Shown here: positions 16,141 to 18,583 of the stretch, piece after piece
Numbering within the stretch: the first letter of the stretch is position 1
Layout of the letters: each line of letters opens with the position of its first letter
Assembly: GCA_033763455.1 (NCBI GenBank)
Contig: JANRKO010000056.1
Span: 1-18,583 of the forward strand
Source: Polyangiaceae bacterium
GTDB lineage: Bacteria; Myxococcota_A; Polyangia; Polyangiales; Polyangiaceae
Direction: 5' to 3'
Length of the DNA stretch: 18,583 nucleotides
Position numbers and translations under genes: made by a program
Notes under the pieces: generated by a model
Told to the model about the DNA's origin: nothing
Database searches by the model: none
Seen by the model: the letters and a program-made list of their open reading frames with translations, nothing else

Positions 16141-17154
16141 CGCGCTCAAGCGATCTTATTCGAAGGCCAACGCGGCACGCTCCGCGCGGCGTGGTCCGAC
16201 ACCACTTTTCGGATGCAGTCCCTGCGAGACGACGTGAGCTGCGCGGAGGAGGAACATCAAAGCCGATTGGACGCGAGCCTTCCCGGGCTCTCCGTCCACG
16301 CCACCTTTGATATCAACGACGATATCGCCGCGCCGCTGATCCTCACGCGCCCACGACCAAAAGTCGCGATTTTGCGCGAACAACGTGTGAACGGACAGGT
16401 CGAAATGGCCGCCGCCATCGATCGCGCCGGCTTCACCGCGGTCGACGTGCACATGAGCGATATCCTCAGCGGCCGCACGACGCTCGCCGACTTTTAAGTA
16501 CTCGCCGCCTGCGGCGGCTTCTCGAACGGCGACGTGCTCTGAGCCGGCGAAGGCTGGGCCAAATCTATCTTGTTTAATGGGCACGCTCGCAGCGAGTTTT
16601 CTCGGTTTTTTCAGAGGCTGGATACGCTCACGTTAGGCGTTTGCAATGGGTGTCAGATGCTTTCTAATTTGAAGGATTTGATCCCCGGGGCGCAGGATTT
16701 TCCGCGGTTTGTTCGCAATCGTTCCGAGCAGTTTGAGGCACAACTGTCCCGAGTACGGATCGAGCTTTAGCGGCAGTGTTTTTTTTTTCAGGGATGGAGG
16801 ACTCGCTGCTTCCTAATGCGGTTGCATACGGTGAAGGTAGGCGAGTTTATCGACGTGGGAGCGTACGACCGGTTGACGCGTGCAGGTTTAGTAGCACCAT
16901 CGTTCGTGGGTCACCGAGGGTACCGAACCGAGCGTTACTCAGAGAACCCTAACGGCTCCGTCGAAGGGCTCACTGGTGGGCGCGTTACGCTCGTGATGCC
17001 GCATCCGGTGCGGGTATTCCGAGCCGGACCGCATTCGTATCGGCCGAACAGTTGGGCGGAGGGTGCGCCATTTATGAGGATTTTTCGAAATGCGCCGGTG
17101 GTTGTGGAATCGGGGGGGCAAAGTCCCCCTACGTTGGGTTCAGGCGGAAGTTAG
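16141..17154 (+). pseudogene. purL: Decayed 3' fragment of large-type purL (FGAM synthase glutaminase domain)
   Basis: [85 protein letters not shown] and RIFRNA motifs. Stops at 16495, 16540 and 16768, with frameshifts at the T10 run 16779-16788 and near 16840. The N-terminal three quarters of the gene are absent and the boundaries are approximate. Confidence 0.93.
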
Positions 17155-17260
17155 GCAGCTTCAACTCTCAGGGGGTGCTGTCTATGTCATGATCCATAGC
17201 TAATCGCCTGATGCGGCTGCCTTGCAGCTGACCGATCCATGCCGCTAGGATCGATGGACA

Positions 17261-18442
17261 ATGACGATAGTCAAGTTTGCGTTCGAAGACCGCCTCCGTA
17301 AGTGGAATCTCGAGCCGACGGAGTTTTCTCCCTTTAATCTGCTGGTGGGCGCCTCGGGAGTCGGCAAGACTCGGATTCTTGAGTCACTGAATCGGGTGCG
17401 CCTTGCCGCGACGAAGGGTGCGCGACGGGTCCCCGACTGCAGCTGGACATTGATAGTCGAGGCCTCTGGTCAACGCTACACTTGGAAAGCTCAGACTGGC
17501 GGTGCTCAGAACATGGGAGATGCTCTTACTCAGGATGATGAGGACGATAACGATACCTCTGGCGAAGGGGTTCGCTTCGTCGAGGAAGAGTTAACCTCAA
17601 GTGACGGCGTAATTGTTTCAAGGACGCCAGAGACGTTCATATTCAATGGTGAGAAGCTGCCTCAGCTCAAGGACACCGATAGCGCAATCGAGCTTCTGCG
17701 GCGTGAGGAGGTCATAAAGCCACTGCACCTCGCGATGCAAAGATTTCTCTTCAGCGGCACCCACCAGCCCATTGCGGGTTTTGTCCCTTTTGACAAGCAG
17801 CGAGTGGAAAAGGTCGAGGCCCGGGTAGGGACGTTTGACGATCTCCGAGACGACTCCAGTGGACTGACCGTCCTCGCGAAGGCAGTCATCATGCAGAATA
17901 AGTTCGCCAAGGAGTTTGCCACCGTCGTTGGCCAGTACCGTGAAATCTTTGATCAGGTCGAGGAGGTGCGAGTCGGGCCGCTCAGTGAGTTCGAGAAGAC
18001 TTCTGACGACCTTCCGCCTTTCTTCCCAATGGAGTGGATAACAGTTGCATTGCGCGAGCGCCAAATAGACGGGTGGCTTGTTCACCATCGCGTCTCGTCC
18101 GGCATGCTAAGAACGCTTATTCATCTTTTTGAGTTGGCACTAGCCCCCACTGGGACCGTAGTTTTAATTGATGAATTCGAGAATAGTTTGGGAGTAAACT
18201 GCTTGCCCCAAGTTGCTGACCGCCTAGTGGAACGATCCAAAGATCTGCAATTCTTTGTTACTAGCCACCATCCCTATGTCATCAATAATATTCCATGGAA
18301 TGAATGGCGCGTAGTTGTGCGAAAGGGCACAAGTGTTCGTGTCCTAACCTCGTCCGATATCCCCGCACTTCACACTGCGTCGAGTCACGACCGATTTACC
18401 ATCTTGAGCAATCTTCCGGAGTTTGAGCGGGGGATTCAGTGA
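17261..18442 (+). CDS. ABC/SMC-like ATPase (AAA_21/AAA_15-type), possibly defence-associated
   Basis: NLLVGASGVGKT (Walker A), SSGM (signature), VVLIDEFENSLG (Walker B/D-loop) and FFVTSHHP (H-loop). No permease gene nearby. Confidence 0.9.
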   Translation: MTIVKFAFEDRLRKWNLEPTEFSPFNLLVGASGVGKTRILESLNRVRLAATKGARRVPDCSWTLIVEASGQRYTWKAQTGGAQNMGDALTQDDEDDNDTSGEGVRFVEEELTSSDGVIVSRTPETFIFNGEKLPQLKDTDSAIELLRREEVIKPLHLAMQRFLFSGTHQPIAGFVPFDKQRVEKVEARVGTFDDLRDDSSGLTVLAKAVIMQNKFAKEFATVVGQYREIFDQVEEVRVGPLSEFEKTSDDLPPFFPMEWITVALRERQIDGWLVHHRVSSGMLRTLIHLFELALAPTGTVVLIDEFENSLGVNCLPQVADRLVERSKDLQFFVTSHHPYVINNIPWNEWRVVVRKGTSVRVLTSSDIPALHTASSHDRFTILSNLPEFERGIQ

Positions 18443-18444
18443 AC

Positions 18445-18583
18445 TGGACCTGATCCGGTTTGTTGGACACCTAACAAAGAGAGTAATCTCTTGGAGTCCA
18501 AACCATGGCAAAGAAGAAAGAACAGCGTACGAAAGAGTTCAAGCTTGAGGCCGTGCGGCTGGTGGAAGCCCGGGGTGATCGCA
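18445..18583 (+). mobile_element. IS3-family insertion sequence, left end (runs off the window end)
   Basis: TGGACCTGATCCGGTTTGTTGGACACC (18445-18471) is an IRL-like sequence similar to the end at 186-212. It is followed by GGAG and an OrfA start. Confidence 0.88.
18505..18582 (+). CDS. IS3-family transposase OrfA, N-terminal part only
   Basis: MAKKKEQRTKEFKLEAVRLVEARGDR..., homologous to the OrfA at 3-155. Confidence 0.85.
   Translation, partial: MAKKKEQRTKEFKLEAVRLVEARGDR

Noticed and set aside
16495..16770. Stop-codon readthrough or alternative genetic code in purL
   Set aside because: All three stop types occur together with frameshifts and a lost catalytic Glu. Other genes in the window use standard stops.
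1..18583. Composite transposon formed by the two IS3 ends
   Set aside because: The two elements differ in IRL and OrfA sequence, and their outer ends and target duplications are not visible. The cargo includes housekeeping pdxA.

Overview
GC-rich bacterial accessory region, probably Myxococcota/Polyangiales-like (inferred from the lipoproteins, Hanks-type kinase, Uma2 and PA14/HAF genes). Both ends break inside related but non-identical IS3-family elements that point outward. Left to right: a PIN-toxin remnant with its small partner gene, a metallophosphoesterase, YdeI/OmdA, an intact AbrB-VapC TA pair, pdxA tightly followed by an orphan N6-adenine DNA methyltransferase, and a Uma2 nuclease. 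Next come an OmpA lipoprotein with a possible 5' frameshift, a DUF4143 ATPase, a decayed OmdA relic, a PA14 lipoprotein, an OmpA protein with reversed domain order, and a HAF-repeat secreted protein. The right part holds a Ser/Thr kinase with a histone-like tail, an orphan DUF433 antitoxin, a decayed 3' copy of purL, and an ABC-type (AAA_21-like) ATPase whose overlapping partner gene appears to be cut by the IS after two codons. No RNA genes or CRISPR arrays were seen. No complete novel system can be demonstrated from this window. The best leads are the IS-split ATPase module, a 50-bp dispersed repeat present twice in inverted orientation, the reversed OmpA/beta-barrel lipoprotein and the pdxA-coupled orphan methyltransferase. 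All family calls come from motif recognition, not database searches.
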